DNA of 64,000 nucleotides from Eledone cirrhosa (GCA_964016885.1 OZ024754.1:31434001-31498000), one strand, 5' to 3'; counted from the first letter of the stretch, positions 1 through 13,195 are shown. Notes: generated by a model not told the origin, from the sequence alone. Program-made: numbers and translations.

Positions 1-1403
1 AAAAACCCAGTGTACTCCAAGGAGTTTTGTGCTAAGTGAAATATTTTATCGATATCTCCACTGGCCGACAATATAACATGATGTGGGGGCATATATACAG
101 TGAAGCTGAGAAATATCACCAAAGATATGGACAGGAGACATAGAAATAGGTTTTGATAATTTATTCGTCCTGATATTCTCCCATCATGTTGGCGAAACTG
201 AAAAATACAAACAAAAAAAATCAGTGAAAGTTAATCACTGATAAATCAATGACTATTATAAGTCTGTGACAGCATCGAGGGTACAAATGAAACTTGTTGA
301 AAAAATTTAACACGGTCTCTGATGTTGCATGATATGCCTAAAACTAAAGGTGAAAAATTAGTTGGAATATGAACTTTGTGACCATCTATTTCCGGGGTGT
401 TTAGGGCCTGGGCAATGATTGGTCAGTGGAAAAACTTCAAAAGTACCCTTGAGATGCTGTTATAGACTGTAAAGACAAAACAAAACACACACATATATAT
501 GCTTGTATACATACGCATACACATGTGTATATATGTGTGTGCCGGCATGGAGAGTGGACGTAAAATGTTGGAGATGATATATATATATACATATAAACAT
601 ATATGTACACGTGTGTATTTATATATATATATACTCTCACACATACATACTCATACTCTCTAAAACCATATTCCAAAAATAGAATTTCTTTTACAACCCT
701 ACATTTGCCAATCCCATTTACCTCTCTCACCCATAGAATTTGTCTCCAGCTTACATTTCCCCTCCTCGCCACCCCCATCTGAACTCTTGACCAGTCCATT
801 AACACAATTGAGATACACACACATATATACATAAAATTTCCCTCTCCCTAAAAATAATTTTGTTCTATGTAAAAAAACACAACTATCACCGCTGCCACCA
901 CTACTACTACTACTATGACTACCTCTTTCTCTATATACAGTATAAGATTCCATTTTGGATTCAGTCTTCTTCTTAGCAAGAAAAATGAACAAACCTGCCT
1001 CAACAATTAATTTTAAATCTTTAATTCTTTTTAAGTGTAATACTCAACATTTGATAAGATATATTTCACTGATACATCGAAACCGGTTATATTTTATATA
1101 CATTATAAAACTCCTTTTAAAAAAAATTGTTCCTTTCATTTTTTCAATAATGTCACTTTGACGAACCAAAGAAGAACAAAAGAAAAACAGATCCTTTAAC
1201 CCATTACCATTTACATTGCCCTATATTTACTATTGTATTTTCACGGTAAACACTTTATTTCATATAAATATATCACATAATATCGTATCTATGAGATTTC
1301 TATATTATTTATTTTGAGAACAATACCTTAACACAAGTATGAATGTCCAGTTATGGCTGGTTTGAACAGAAAGAAGTGAGAGAATTCTGGCCGGTTATGG
1401 CCG

Positions 1404-1432
1404 GTTTAAATATACTTTTCATGCTATTTCCA

Positions 1433-1463
<31 letters not shown>

Positions 1464-1501
1464 AAATAGATCCTTTAAATATACTTTTCATGCTATTTCC
1501 A

Positions 1502-1532
<31 letters not shown>

Positions 1533-1570
1533 AAATAGATCCTTTAAATATACTTTTCATGCTATTTCCA

Positions 1571-1601
<31 letters not shown>

Positions 1602-1690
1602 AAATAGATATATATAAAATAGATCCTTTAAATATACTTTTAATACTATTTCCAATTCCACTCTCTCTCTCTCTATATATATATATATTA
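1404..1690. repeat. ~70-bp tandem repeat, about 4 copies, containing (CT)n(AT)n
   Basis: Repeated tttaaatatacttttcatgctatttccactctctc...ataaaatagatcc. Confidence 0.85.
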
Positions 1691-1784
1691 TGTGTGAGCA
1701 TACATGAACCCGTATGTGTGTGTTTTTATGTCTGTGTGTATGTAGATGAGTATGTGCACTTCAACATCTCTTCTCTATCTCCTC

Positions 1785-2050
1785 TCTATATATAAAACGG
1801 AAGATGTCTGTCTGTGTGTGTGTATGATTTTTATGCATTTCCACATTTCTCTACCGATTTCGATGATTTCTTTTCCAATGTGCTCCAAATTTACCAAGGA
1901 TGGTCAGCGCGTAATAAACTTTGCCAAACATTTCCTGCTTCTATGAAAAAAATTGATAAAACTAAATACATGCTGTAACCCTCTCTCTTACACGCTTATT
2001 CACTCTCACTACTACCCTCAATAAACTATGAAACTACATGCATGTTGCAA
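1785..2050 (+). mobile_element. 5' portion of a non-autonomous Helitron-like element
   Basis: TCTATATATAAAACGGAAGATGTCTGTCTGTGTGTG is typical of invertebrate Helitron-N 5' ends. No 3' hairpin or CTAG found. Confidence 0.5.
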
Positions 2051-2215
2051 CTCTCTCTATATATATATATATTTCAACAGAAAGAGGTAGAGAATTCTGG
2101 CCGGTTTGATCATTAAAGGGTTAATCATGCACATAAACATACACCTGGTCCAAACACAGAGGAAGCGAATTCCCACTGTCATCACCTCCATCTCTTGCCC
2201 TACCCACTCTCACTA

Positions 2216-2530
2216 CTATTCTGTCTGCTCCATGGCCCCTGCGGACAGAATAGAGAAGGCGTTTCCCCGGAGGATGATAAAGGAGATGTGCTGGAATAGC
2301 CATTCCCTCTCGCAAGGTTCACACCTGCGGCTTGCCAGCTTAGCGCCTATGGTGGTAAGTAGTGAGGTAGCCTTAGGGCCAAGGACACCAGAAGTCTCCA
2401 CTGCTAGGGGCCCAACTGCAAACCTGTCGGAGAGCGACCGATACTTGGAGAGTATACCCTCCTCAGCCCGAAGTGCAGCAGAACCTGGGTTAGTAGCAGA
2501 CTGCACCAGGTTGCCGCTGGAGAATGTTTC
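2216..2530 (-). pseudogene. 3' fragment of a CRE-clade (RLE-type) non-LTR retrotransposon, restriction-like endonuclease end
   Basis: ORF 2216-2506 reads KYRSL..FAVGPLAVETSGVLG..LFQHISFIILRGNA, matching the KY..F.P.A.ET.G..G / QR.S..I.RGNA motifs of CRE-type RLE domains. Confidence 0.75.
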
Positions 2531-3254
2531 TGATTAAATATCTCACAGCAAGAAGTAATAACTTAAAAGCTGCATTTGGTAGTGACAGCAGCGGAGAGTG
2601 GCAAGGGTGGAAAGGTGGAAACGGGAAGTAATCCAAAGTTATTTCCAGTGACCAGGTTTTAAAAAAAATGTGGTGACTATCATCATTTTACGCTCAGTTT
2701 ACCATGTTAGCATGAGTTGGACCAGGTTAGTACTCTATCACCAGGTTAGTACTCAGCCCCTGTCCTCATAGATGAGTTGCAGGACCACATCTTGTTCAAA
2801 TTCATTCAATCTTGTCAAAGATTCTGTAGCTGGATGCTCTTCCAAATGCCAAACTCTACAGTGTGAACTGGATGTGTTTTAACATGGCACAAGCAATAAA
2901 GAGTTGTCCCATGGTTTCTAAAGCTGGATATTCTTCACTACTCAGTGAATGTTATCCAGGCTTCAATACGAGAGAGGTTGTCATGTCCTTTATGTGAAGA
3001 GTTCTCTCCCCCCTTTTCAGCAGTAAAACAATTACACACTAGTCTGTGTTTATTTTATTAAGATTGTAATGCCAAAAAGAAAACAGGAACAAGGGGTAAA
3101 CGAACAGCAAGGAGAACGGGTTGGTAAGATTATAATTTAATGTAAGGTTCTTATATAAAATTATGTTGGAAGATTTAAATTTAAATTAGAAACCTTTAAA
3201 ATGGGTGGTTTTATTTCATAGTAACAAAAGGGTTAATAAAGATTGCTACCCTAC

Positions 3255-3362
3255 TCCTGCCCTCTTATGCTGTCTGCCTCATGGTACCAGCTGACAGGAT
3301 AAAGAAGACATTGCCTCAGAGGATGGTAAGGGAGACGTGCTGGAATAGCCACTCCACCTAGC
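3255..3362 (-). pseudogene. Second, degenerate CRE-like 3' fragment
   Basis: Nucleotide similarity to 2220-2310 (ggagacgtgctggaatagccactcc vs ggagatgtgctggaatagccattcc). Confidence 0.6.
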
Positions 3363-3571
3363 GGGAGACAGCCACTTCTATTTTAATTTCACAAACAGGC
3401 TGTACTGTTGATCAAACAACTGGATCATTCATCATTGTAACTGATGGAGATCCATTAACATCTGAGAACAAGAAGTAATGATTTGGTTGTGGCAGTGAGG
3501 AAGTGCTAAAGATAGTTTCAGTAAAGATTTCTTTTCAAGAGAAAAACTTATCTATAAACTAGATTAATGGC

Positions 3572-3599
3572 AGTAGTGGTGATAGTAGTAATGGTTGTA

Positions 3600-3656
<57 letters not shown>

Positions 3657-3688
3657 ATGGTGGTGGTAGTAGTAGTAGTAGTAATAGT
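3572..3688. repeat. (TAG/GGT)n trinucleotide microsatellite
   Basis: Direct reading. Confidence 0.95.
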
Positions 3689-3695
3689 ATATATA

Positions 3696-3900
3696 CGAGA
3701 GTCAGCTGAAAAGTTCATAGGCTGACTATGAAGGAGTAATGCTTGAGCTGTGAAATCTTGCATGCATTAATGTCAACTCTTCTTATTAATAACTGCATCG
3801 TTTCTTTCCAGGGACTAAGTTAGAAAATAAACCTCATTTGGTCATTCCATGAGAGTATCTTGGTTAACCTATCGATCTTTCAGCCAACCCTCAACCCTTG
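3696..3900. mobile_element. Mariner/Tc1-type MITE
   Basis: TA|CGAGAGTCAGCTGAAAAGTTCATAGG ... CCTATCGATCTTTCAGCCAACCCT(CAACCCTTG)|TA: imperfect TIRs with TA target site. Same family as 61341-61794. Confidence 0.7.
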
Positions 3901-4015
3901 TATTGACCTCATTATCTGATGTTTTAAAATGTCTGTTAAATTGCTAGCATGTACATCAACAAGGACAACAACAACAGCAAAAATGCTGGTGGTGATAGTG
4001 ATAATGACAATAATA

Positions 4016-4228
4016 ATTATTTCTACTTTTGGCACCAGGCTAGCAATTTGAAGGGAAGGTCAAATAAATCAAACCCCAATGCATTACTGGTACTTTATTT
4101 TTTGACTACGTAAAGCTGAAAGACAAAGCTAACGTCTGTGGGATTTCAACTGAGAATGTAAAGCAACATAGCTGTATGCTGCAAAGCTTGTTGCCCGATG
4201 CTCTGCCAATTCTACTAATCCACTGCCG
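4016..4228 (-). mobile_element. Meta-like tRNA-derived SINE, diverged copy
   Basis: Reverse-complement similarity to 4229-4410 (gtaccagtaatgca, gccaaaagtagaaataat tail). Confidence 0.65.
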
Positions 4229-4410
4229 CAGTATCGGTAGAGGGTCGGACGCCATGCTTTCCAGCATAGAGTTGCATCCCTTTATGATCTGAGTTCAAAC
4301 CCCGCCGAGGTTAACTTTGCTTTTCATCCTTACGGGGTCAATAAAATAAAGTACCAGTGATGCACTGGGGTAATTGCTGGCCTTGTGCCAAAAGTAGAAA
4401 CAATTATAAT
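4229..4410 (+). mobile_element. Meta-like tRNA-derived SINE
   Basis: B-box GAGTTCAAAC. Central GCTTTTCATCCTTACGGGGTCAATAAAATAAAGTACCAG resembles the MetaSINE domain. Tail gccttgtgccaaaagtagaaacaattat. About 10 copies in the window. Confidence 0.8.
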
Positions 4411-4841
4411 TACCAATTCACCAACGACTTCGTTTACTGTCCACAAGGACTCAATAATAATTTGTTTTTAACATAGGCACAAGGCCAACAATTTAGGGTT
4501 CGACCTCAGTACTTGACTTGTACTTAATTTTATGGAAGGATGAAAGGAAAAACATTCAACAACAACAACAACAATAACGATTAATAATAATAGCGCAAAT
4601 AAAAATTTGCTTTGAAAAAGGAGGATGGGAGAAATATATATATATTTAGCTAACTTCCTCACATATATCTAATTCCATGGTAATTATGGTACTTAAAGTT
4701 TAATTTCCTCTCTTTAGTAGAAACCTTTTTGAAATTGAGGAGAAAAATTCCATAGAGGGCTTATAAGCACTTTAAACATTTTAAAGTTATTTTAACATAT
4801 GAAGTAATTTTTTTTAAAGACAAAAACACATTATATATATA

Positions 4842-6130
4842 TCATAATCTATAAAGCTCAGTGTGTGGTCATGCTCCTTCGTTATAGAAATCTACGATAT
4901 AGAATTTTTTCAATTGAAATTTACAATTCAGTATTCGAAATAGTTTTGATTGCATCTTGACGCAGATAATTTTTTCAATTTCACCCACAATTACGCAAAA
5001 AATAGATAAAACTCAATATTTTACGATTTTTCTCTGTCATTTAAACTGCTAAACTCTTTCCACTACCATTCAAAATCTATACAACTTCATACTTTCTGCT
5101 ACTTTCTCTTTCCAAGCTTCATAGTGATACTGTCCGTATTACTCTGTCATATCATCTGCTTTCCTCTATCTACAACCCACACATTTTGCTACTTTCTCTT
5201 TTATACTTCAAATTATTACATTTCATACGAAACAACAATTATTCAAAAGCAACAGATACATTTATTCAACAAGAAGCGAAAAATCTTTTTTAAAACCTCT
5301 TTTCCAAACGCATACAAACACACACTCACTTCAACAACAACAACAACAATCTGCCTTTTATAGATAATGATGATAAACAATAATATCCTCTATGAGGTCA
5401 CTAAACCTGCTAGAAACAGCAGCTAACTCTCCCCCATACCACACCCCTCCCTGCTGTCTTAAATTTAGAAAACATATCTTCTATGAGGTCACTAAACCTG
5501 CTAGAAACAGCAGCTAACTCTCCCCCATATCACACCACTCCCTACTGTCTTAAATTTAGAAAACACATATCCTCTATGAGGTTACTAAACCTGCTAGAAA
5601 CAGCAGCTAACTCTCCCCCATATCACACCCATCCCTACTGTCTTAAATTTAGAAAACATATCTTCTATGAGGTCACTAAACCTGCTAGAAACAGCAGTTA
5701 ACTCTCCTCCATATCACACCACTCCCTACTGTCTTAAATTTAGAAAACACATATCCTCTATGAGGTCACTAAACCTGCTAGAAACAACAGCTAACTCTCC
5801 CTCATATCACAACCCTCCCTACTGTCTTAAATTTAGAAAACACACAGACAACCATGCAGAACAACTCCATCGCAGCTCTGTTGTTCGGCTGGCATCGTCT
5901 ACGCGCGTGTTGCGCAAGTACTGTGAAACAATAAATTTCAACACTTTTTTGCACAGAGATAATATCCATAGGCGAAACTACAATTGTCACTGCTGGCGCA
6001 GCTCCTGCTTCCAGGTCTGCAATTCATTCACCCAGTGCCTGGCAGACAAAAAAGTGCTGCCATAAAATGGGTGGTGCAACCTAACTTTGGTAACTTAATG
6101 ACCCCGAGCAACGCTGGGCTTTAATGCTAG
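4842..6130 (+). mobile_element. Non-autonomous Helitron
   Basis: A|TC start (TCATAATCTATAAAGCTCAGTGTGTG), 3' hairpin CCCGAGCAACGCTGGG (6103-6118), then CTAG|T at 6127-6131. Confidence 0.7.
5383..5845. repeat. Five-copy tandem repeat with alternating 91/93-bp units, inside the Helitron
   Basis: tatgaggt(c/t)actaaacctgctagaaac starts at 5391, 5482, 5575, 5666 and 5759. Confidence 0.9.
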
Positions 6131-6540
6131 TATATTATAAAGAAGAGAGACAGTTTTACATATTTCTAAGACACCAAAATGATTCCATAATAACCCTTTG
6201 ACGTGTCCTCATCAGATAGGTATATATATATATATATATATATTATTATTATTGTGATTTAGACAAAATTATAAGTCATCAGATATTACTTTGCTGTGAT
6301 TATATAAACAAGTGTAAACAGAGATATTTTGGTATTCCCTCTGTACACAACAACAACAACAACAATAACAAAGATGAATGAGAGAAAATTGACCGTGAAC
6401 TGACCAGGAACTTATATACAGGTCTCAGCCACTTGTTATCAAATGAAGCCATCCAAGGGGTGTAATGGGAGTTGTCTTGGGTACACCTGAAGATAGAAAC
6501 ACAAACACATTAAATTGTGGACACAGAATGGCCATTTTTT

Positions 6541-6725
6541 AGGGCAACATTTCAACTTTGGGGCAACGTTTCAACTTTGGGGCAACATTTCAACTTTGGG
6601 GCAACATTTCAACTTTGGGGCAACGTTTCAACTTTGAAGCACCACTTCAACTTTGGGGCAATGTTTCAACCTTGGGGCAACGTTTCAACTTTGGAGCAAT
6701 GTTTCAACTTTAAGGCAATATTTTA
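6541..6725. repeat. 20-bp minisatellite (GGGGCAACATTTCAACTTTG-like), about 9 copies
   Basis: Direct reading. Confidence 0.9.
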
Positions 6726-6829
6726 AGGCAAAATCTCCAACTCCCGTAGTTTTTTTAGATAGCTTTTGTGAACATTGAAATATGCATTGAAGCAACCAAT
6801 CTGTGATGAAATAGTTGCCCCTAATTTGT

Positions 6830-7460
6830 TAGTAGTTGTAGTAGTGGTGTGGTGTAAAGTAGTGGTGTGGTGTAATGCAATGGTTGTAGTAGTGGTGTGG
6901 TGTAATGTAGTGGTTGTAGTAGTGGTGTGGTGTAATGTAGTGGTTGTAGTAGTGGTGTGGTGTAATGTAGTGGTGTAGCGGTTGTAGTAGTGGTGTGGTG
7001 TAATGTAGTGGTAGTAGTGAGGTGGTGTAATGTAGTGGTGTGGTGTAATGTAGTGGTGTAGTGGTGGTAGTAGTGAGGTGGTGTAATGTAGTGGTGTGGT
7101 GTAATGTAGTGGTTGTAGTGGTGTGGTGTAATGTAGTGGTTGTAGTAGTGGTGTGGTGTAATGTAGTGGTTGTAGTAGTGAGGTGGTGTAATGTAGTGGT
7201 GTAATGTAGTGGTGGTGTAGTGGTTGTAGTAGAGAGGTGGTGTAATGTAGTGGTGGTGTAGTGGTTGTAGTAGTGAGGTGGTGTAATGTAGTGGTGGTGT
7301 AGTGGTTGTAGTAGTGAGGTGGTATAATGTAGTGGCTGTAGTAGTGGTTGTAGTAGTGGTGTGGTGTAATGTAGTGGTGGTGTAGTGGTTGTAGTAGTGA
7401 GGTGGTGTAATGTAGTGGCTGTAGTAGTGGTTGTAGTAGTGGTGTGGTGTAGTGGTAGGT
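6830..7460. repeat. GT-rich minisatellite (GTAGTGGTGTGGTGTAAT variants)
   Basis: Direct reading; source of spurious His/Tyr/Thr and poly-Val ORFs. Confidence 0.9.
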
Positions 7461-7629
7461 CACATAGAATTACATGAAATCTTATATGCCTGTCTAATGG
7501 GAAATTTTATTGAGTAAATGTAATTTTATAAACATTAAAGTGAGTCATTAAATGTAAACTGACCTTTTAATGACTTTGTTATATAGGTATATAATTGTGT
7601 CGAAGTTGCACTGGTAGATAAGGCAGACG

Positions 7630-7701
<72 letters not shown>

Positions 7702-7742
7702 ATGATATTAATAAATGGAAACTATATTTATAAAACCATATT

Positions 7743-7803
7743 TATTTTATTATATATATTTCAAAGGTACCAAAATTTTGGTATGCCCTCATCAGATAAA
7801 ATA
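7743..7803 (-). ncRNA. Type I hammerhead ribozyme motif with minimal palindromic stem III, in a Penelope-like pLTR remnant
   Basis: Minus strand reads TATTTTAT-CTGATGA-GGGCATACCAAAATTTTGGTACCTTT-GAAA-TATATA-TA^-ATAAAATA, giving an 8-bp perfect stem I. Homologous to 42199-42263. Confidence 0.65.
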
Positions 7804-8512
7804 CAAAATTTGTTTTATAAATGGTGGCATACCCAAGAAACCAGACCTTATTATCATTGATATTATACTCCAGAAAAGCTGTAGAGTGCTTCGAATCTAT
7901 TATAAATAAATTTGTTGAATAACCAACAAATTAAATATCTCTTTGCTTATATATATCTATTTATATATATATAAATCTATATATCTATATCTATATCTAT
8001 ATATATACATCTATATATCTATATCTATATCTATATATATAAATCTATATATCTATATCTAAATACACACATATACAAGTTGTGAAATAGACTGGTTTAC
8101 GCACGCGACTGCCGCATCCCAGCTCGCTACTATATATCGCTCTATATTCTAACGATATTTAATGTCTGTTAAAGGTTCTTGACACTACCATTGTTACTAT
8201 CGCTTTCCTCTAGCCATGGGACTTGGAGACATGAGCTGAATGCTACCATTCTATTATACATCGATGTGGACTGCTATTTCTAATAACCATCTTTTCACTT
8301 ATTAATTTGCGTTTGAGCCACGTTGGCTGAATGTTTTTGACGGGAACGAAAAGAATTTGTTTTCTATTCTCCCGCCACCACGTAAAGTTTGTTAACGGGT
8401 TAAAACTATGTTTATTCAACAATAATCCATTTGTATTTATCTACCATACATAAATATTTCAAAATACTCAAATACATTCCTCAGATAAAATTACATAAAA
8501 ATAATAAAGAAT

Positions 8513-8770
8513 TTAATATTTAGTCAAACATAGAAAAAGAAAGAAGTACTGGAAAGGGCTAGTAATTAAGGTGAGGAAAAGGAGAGAAAGAGCAAGGATT
8601 ATTAGGTAATGGAAGAAAGAGGTAGGGGAGAGGGTAACAGATTCTACACCTAGGCTAATGCAGTGTTTCGGCTGCGCCCCATGGACGAAAAAAGTGGCAG
8701 AAGCATTTCCGCAGACAATGGCCAGTGACATTCACTGCAACAGTCACTTCACCTCGTAGAATTCCTTCAT
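8513..8770 (-). pseudogene. Third CRE-like 3' fragment plus 3' UTR
   Basis: LLQ*MSLAIVCGNASA resembles the QR.SLAIVRGNA terminal motif of CRE-type elements. Confidence 0.5.
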
Positions 8771-9380
8771 CAGACAGGCTGCTGGCATTCTGATCTGTAA
8801 CAACCCATCCAACCCTTGCTAACAGGGATAACAGATGTTAAATGATGATGATGATATATAGACACACACTAGTTAGTTTTAGGAAGCTGCTACAATACAA
8901 ATGGAGCTATAATATCAAAGAAACAATACCACAAAAAAAAAAGAAAAACTCTAAGAAAATTGGAACGTTATCTTTTGAAATATTTAATAGTTCCTAATAT
9001 TTCAGGTGAAATATCCATTGATGAAGGAATACATTAAAGAATGATCATACAGTGGAGTTAGGTGTGTGTGTATACAATATATATATACACACACACACAT
9101 ATATACATATACATACACACACATATATATACACATACACACACACATATATATATATATACACACACATATATACATACACACACACATATATGCATAC
9201 ACACATATATGTGTATACATACACACACACATATATATATATATACACATATATAAGTGAAAAGTTTCACTATATATACATTCTACTTTCCAAAGAATCG
9301 TGTTGTCCTAATATATTGAGTGGGATATATTTATATTGTAATTCAGCGACACACCACGTTGGGCACCATGCAGCCGGCAA

Positions 9381-10495
9381 TCTTAGTCTTAGATTCTTTC
9401 CGCGCCGTTCGGCGCATCGAGCAGTAGGTACTCGCCAACGGTCACGATCAGCGGCAACTTTTTCGAGACCGTGCCAGGTGATGTTGGCTGCCATCGGGTC
9501 CTTCCGGAACGTTCGTCGCCAGGTCATCCTTGGGCAACCCCGCCTCCGTTTACCGCCAGGCGGAGTCCAGTTCATCGCTGTTTTCGAATGCCGTTCATTT
9601 GGCAGACGCAGAATATGGCCAGCCAGACGGCACCGACGCTCCGTGACCACTCTCTGTAGCGTCCACGACTCGGCCCTCCGCAGGATCTCGTCGTTTCGCA
9701 CTCGGTCGCGCCAGGACACACGAAGGATCTTTCGCAGGCACCGCTGGTGGAAAGCGTTCAGCCGTCTCTCTATTTTTGCCGTACTCTTCCAGGTCTCGCT
9801 CGCATAAAGCACTGTCGGCAGCACGATGCTCTTGTACAGGCGGAGCTTGGTCTTGGTGCTAATGTATGAAGACGACCAGACTGGGCACAGCCGCTGGAAA
9901 ACTGCGGCTCCTTTGCCGATCCAACAGTTGATGTCGAGCTTCGCGTCGCCGCTGCTTGTCAGGATGCTGCCCCGATAGGTGAAGTGATCGACTTCCTCGA
10001 GGTCCTGTTGGTTGACTCTGATCACTGGACCTGTGTTGCTGGCCGTTCTCATGACCTTGGTCTTTTTGGTGTTGATTCTCAGGCCGATCTTTTCCGCACT
10101 CTCTTGTAGGGATGTTGTTAGGGCCTGCAGATCTGCACTGTTTTCAGCGATCAAAGCGATGTCGTCGGCGAATGCCAGGTCCCTCAGCCTCGCACTGCCC
10201 TCTCCATGGGATTCCTCGACCGGGTCCTTCATCCATTCGCCTTAGTACGAAATCGGCTGCCAGCAGGAACAACAGTGGAGAGAGAATGCAACCCTGTCTG
10301 ACTCCGGAGACAATGTCAAAGAACTCCGTCACACCGGACTCAGTCCGCACGCAGCAGCTGGAGTTTTCATACAGGGCCTTGGAAATGGCGATGAATCTTG
10401 CAGGAATGCCGTACAGTTGCGCAACATTCCACAGCGATTCCCGGTGTACACTGTCGAATGCCTTCTGGAAATCAATAAAATTGACCGCCAAAGTC
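9381..10495 (-). mobile_element. 5'-truncated RTE-clade LINE, reverse transcriptase with one frameshift
   Basis: FIDFQKAFDSV, GVRQGCILSPLLF, LAFADD, LYASETW, LAGHILR, RRRG.PR.TW motifs. Frameshift near 10230; short (CTAAGA) tail. Confidence 0.9.
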
Positions 10496-10632
10496 TCACA
10501 AAATTGTAATTCTTCCAACACTGGTTATTCCAATGTCTTGGTTGGGGAACAATATAAGTAAAACCAACTTATTTTAGTCGATCTAGCTTATATCCTCCCA
10601 AAAGAGAGTTTGGTTTAAGTTTTAATATATTT

Positions 10633-10685
<53 letters not shown>

Positions 10686-10687
10686 GA

Positions 10688-10927
10688 CATGTGATGCGTA
10701 TGGGGGATGACCGCTAGGTAAAGAAGTGCCAAGAAATCCCAGTAGAAGGAAGACGCAGTAGAGGTAGACCACAAAAAACATGAGCGGAGGTGGTGCGAGC
10801 AGATCTCAGATCGCTGAAGCTCACGGAGGAGATGACGAAGGACCGTGACAAGTGGAGAGATGCTGTGCTGAATAGGACCTGTCCCACCCTTGCAAGCAGG
10901 GAAAAGCGTACTTAAAATGATGATGAG
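10688..10927 (+). mobile_element. RTE LINE 3' fragment with (TGA)n tail
   Basis: Same family as 41032-41490. Ends cccacccttgcaagcagggaaaagcgtacttaaaatgatgatg. Confidence 0.8.
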
Positions 10928-11260
10928 GATATATATATAATTTAATTTTAGGCTTAATCAATACACATCAAATATGTATAGATAATGTTTCTCAATAAAA
11001 GCTCAATAAATTTTTGTTTAGAGCAACCATAATATAAAATAATTTTAAATGATATATCAATCGAGAAACTGACCAGGCTTTAATAATATATACATATAAA
11101 AACATACAATTTAAGGTGTTAAATAAAAAATATTACTCACATTTTAAATGGCTGTACTTCCAAATATATATATATATTTCTTAAAATAACAGATTAAAGT
11201 TTAAGCAAAGAATCGCTGCTTTCACTCTTCATATATTTTAGTCTTCACATTTATTATTAT

Positions 11261-11306
<46 letters not shown>

Positions 11307-11610
11307 GTTTAGATGAGTTGATAATACAACCGTATAAAGGCAAAGAATATTTTAAAGCTCAAATGTGATTTTATAGTCCACAGCAAAATAGGTATAGCAA
11401 TTATTTGTAGGTTGATGTTGGTAGTGGATTGTATTGTGGTGTTGCCTCATTTGTAGCTTGCTGTGTCGTGTGGTCACTGTTGAGTGACCAGAGGTTTCGT
11501 GTGTAATAGTAAGATAACGATCCTTAATCGTGCAGAAAATGAATATATATAAATGAACTACGATGACGCCAAACCACTACCATTGGCAAGATAATTTTAT
11601 GGACATGTAA

Positions 11611-11790
11611 GGTAATATCGGTAGAGGGTCGGACGCCATGCTTTCCAGCAGAGTTACGTCCCTTTACGATCTGAGTTCAAATCCTGCCGAGGTTGACTTT
11701 GCCTTTCATCCTTACGGGGTCGATAAAATAAAGTACCAGTAATGAACTGAGTATTTGCTGGCCTTGTGCCTAAAGTAGAAACAATTATTT
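11611..11790 (+). mobile_element. Meta-like tRNA-derived SINE
   Basis: Near-identical to 4229-4410. Confidence 0.8.
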
Positions 11791-11901
11791 GATTCTGATG
11801 AGATTATTTGAATAGGAATGGAATATTCCAGTTATTTGAAATCGTTGTTAATACTTGTTTACTTGTTCATATATATATATATATATATGGGCTTGTATAT
11901 G

Positions 11902-11935
<34 letters not shown>

Positions 11936-12034
11936 TGAGCAGTACATTTTCAACAGGAAATAAATTGGTGTATTGTGAATTGTTCCTTAAATAATTTTGT
12001 TCACATTTTCCTAAGTAGAAATAACTTTGAAACA

Positions 12035-12460
12035 AACAATATTGCCATTTATTTTACCATAATACACATACTGACAGACAAATACACACATACACACACA
12101 CACAGCCAGATTGAATAATAGATATACATATGGATAGACATCTCATACACACAATATTGCCATTTATTTTACCATAACACACAGAGCCAGATTGAATAAT
12201 AGATATACATATGGATAGACATCTCATACACACAATATTGCCATTTATTTTACCATAGACACACATACTGACAGACAAATACACACATACAGCCAGTTTG
12301 AATAACAGATGGACATCTCATATACACACAATATTGCTATTTATTTTACCATAGATACACAGACATACTGAAAGACAAATATATACATATATACACACAT
12401 ACAGCCAGATAGATAGAATAATAGATATACATACATGTAGATAGACATCTTGTATACACA
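12035..12460. repeat. Degenerate ~90-120-bp tandem repeat, about 4 copies
   Basis: Repeated acaatattgccatttattttaccata...agccagattgaataatagat. Confidence 0.75.
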
Positions 12461-12851
12461 CATACTCCCTATTGATGACAATAATCCATTTTACATTTGA
12501 TTATATTGAAAAGAAAATGGAATATTGTTGGAAAACAAACAGTACCTCTGTCTTTTAGTCTCTCTCTCTCCTACTCAATTTACAGAGTAAATAATATTTG
12601 AACCCCTTTCATACAAATCCGCCTGAAACCACCCTAGTTAAATTTTATGAGACAAAATCTGCCTATTTTAAAATGTTCGTACTTAAATCAAAACCTTCCA
12701 CCAAGATTTTATTTAAGAAATTATTAAGTGGCACATTAAACACAAGCTTGCTAAGGAAAAAGTTAGTTCTTTAATTAAATTCCTTTGACTTTTTAATGTT
12801 TTTTTTAATTATTACTTTCAAAACATAAAGGCTGAGTATTTCTTTAGAAAT

Positions 12852-13195
12852 CATCATCATCATCATCATCATTTTTACGTCCGCTTTTCCCTGCTTGCAA
12901 GGGTGGGACGGGAACTGATTCTGGCTTGATTTCTACAGCTGGATGCCCTTCCTAACACCAACCTCATTTACAGTGAGTGCTGGGTGCTTTTTTGCCGTGG
13001 CACCTCCACGACCACTTTGCAGTGGAATGATAGGGACCCCAGTCCCTACCATCTCATTTCTACAGCTGAGTAAACTGGAGCAATGTGAAATAAAGTGTCT
13101 TGCTCAAGAAAACAACACATCACCCGGTCTGAGAATTGAACTCACAACCTTTCGATTGCAAGCCCGATGCTCTAACCACTAAGCCATGTGCCTCC
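12852..13195 (-). mobile_element. Full-length tRNA-head / CORE-like / RTE-tail SINE
   Basis: Minus strand: GGAGGCACATGGCTTAGTGG (A box), GAGTTCAATTC (B box), CTTGAGCAAGACACTTTATTTCACATTGCTCCAGTTTACTCAGCTGTAGAAATG (MIR-CORE-like), AGGAAGGGCATCCAGC, then RTE 3' tail and (TGA)n. Confidence 0.85.

Larger units (their letters stand above)
1200..2119. mobile_element. TTAA-flanked piggyBac-type MITE, interrupted by a tandem repeat and a Helitron fragment
   Basis: Starts ttaa|cccattaccatttacatt and ends ...attaaaggg|ttaa (2117-2123). The internal sequence matches the copies at 23731, 52232 and 62937. Confidence 0.55.

Noticed and set aside
12943-13182. Recurrent 79-aa ORF MPFLTPTSFTVSAGCFF... (also at 20962, 53538, 54527)
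   Set aside because: Antisense reading of a multi-copy SINE, not a gene family.
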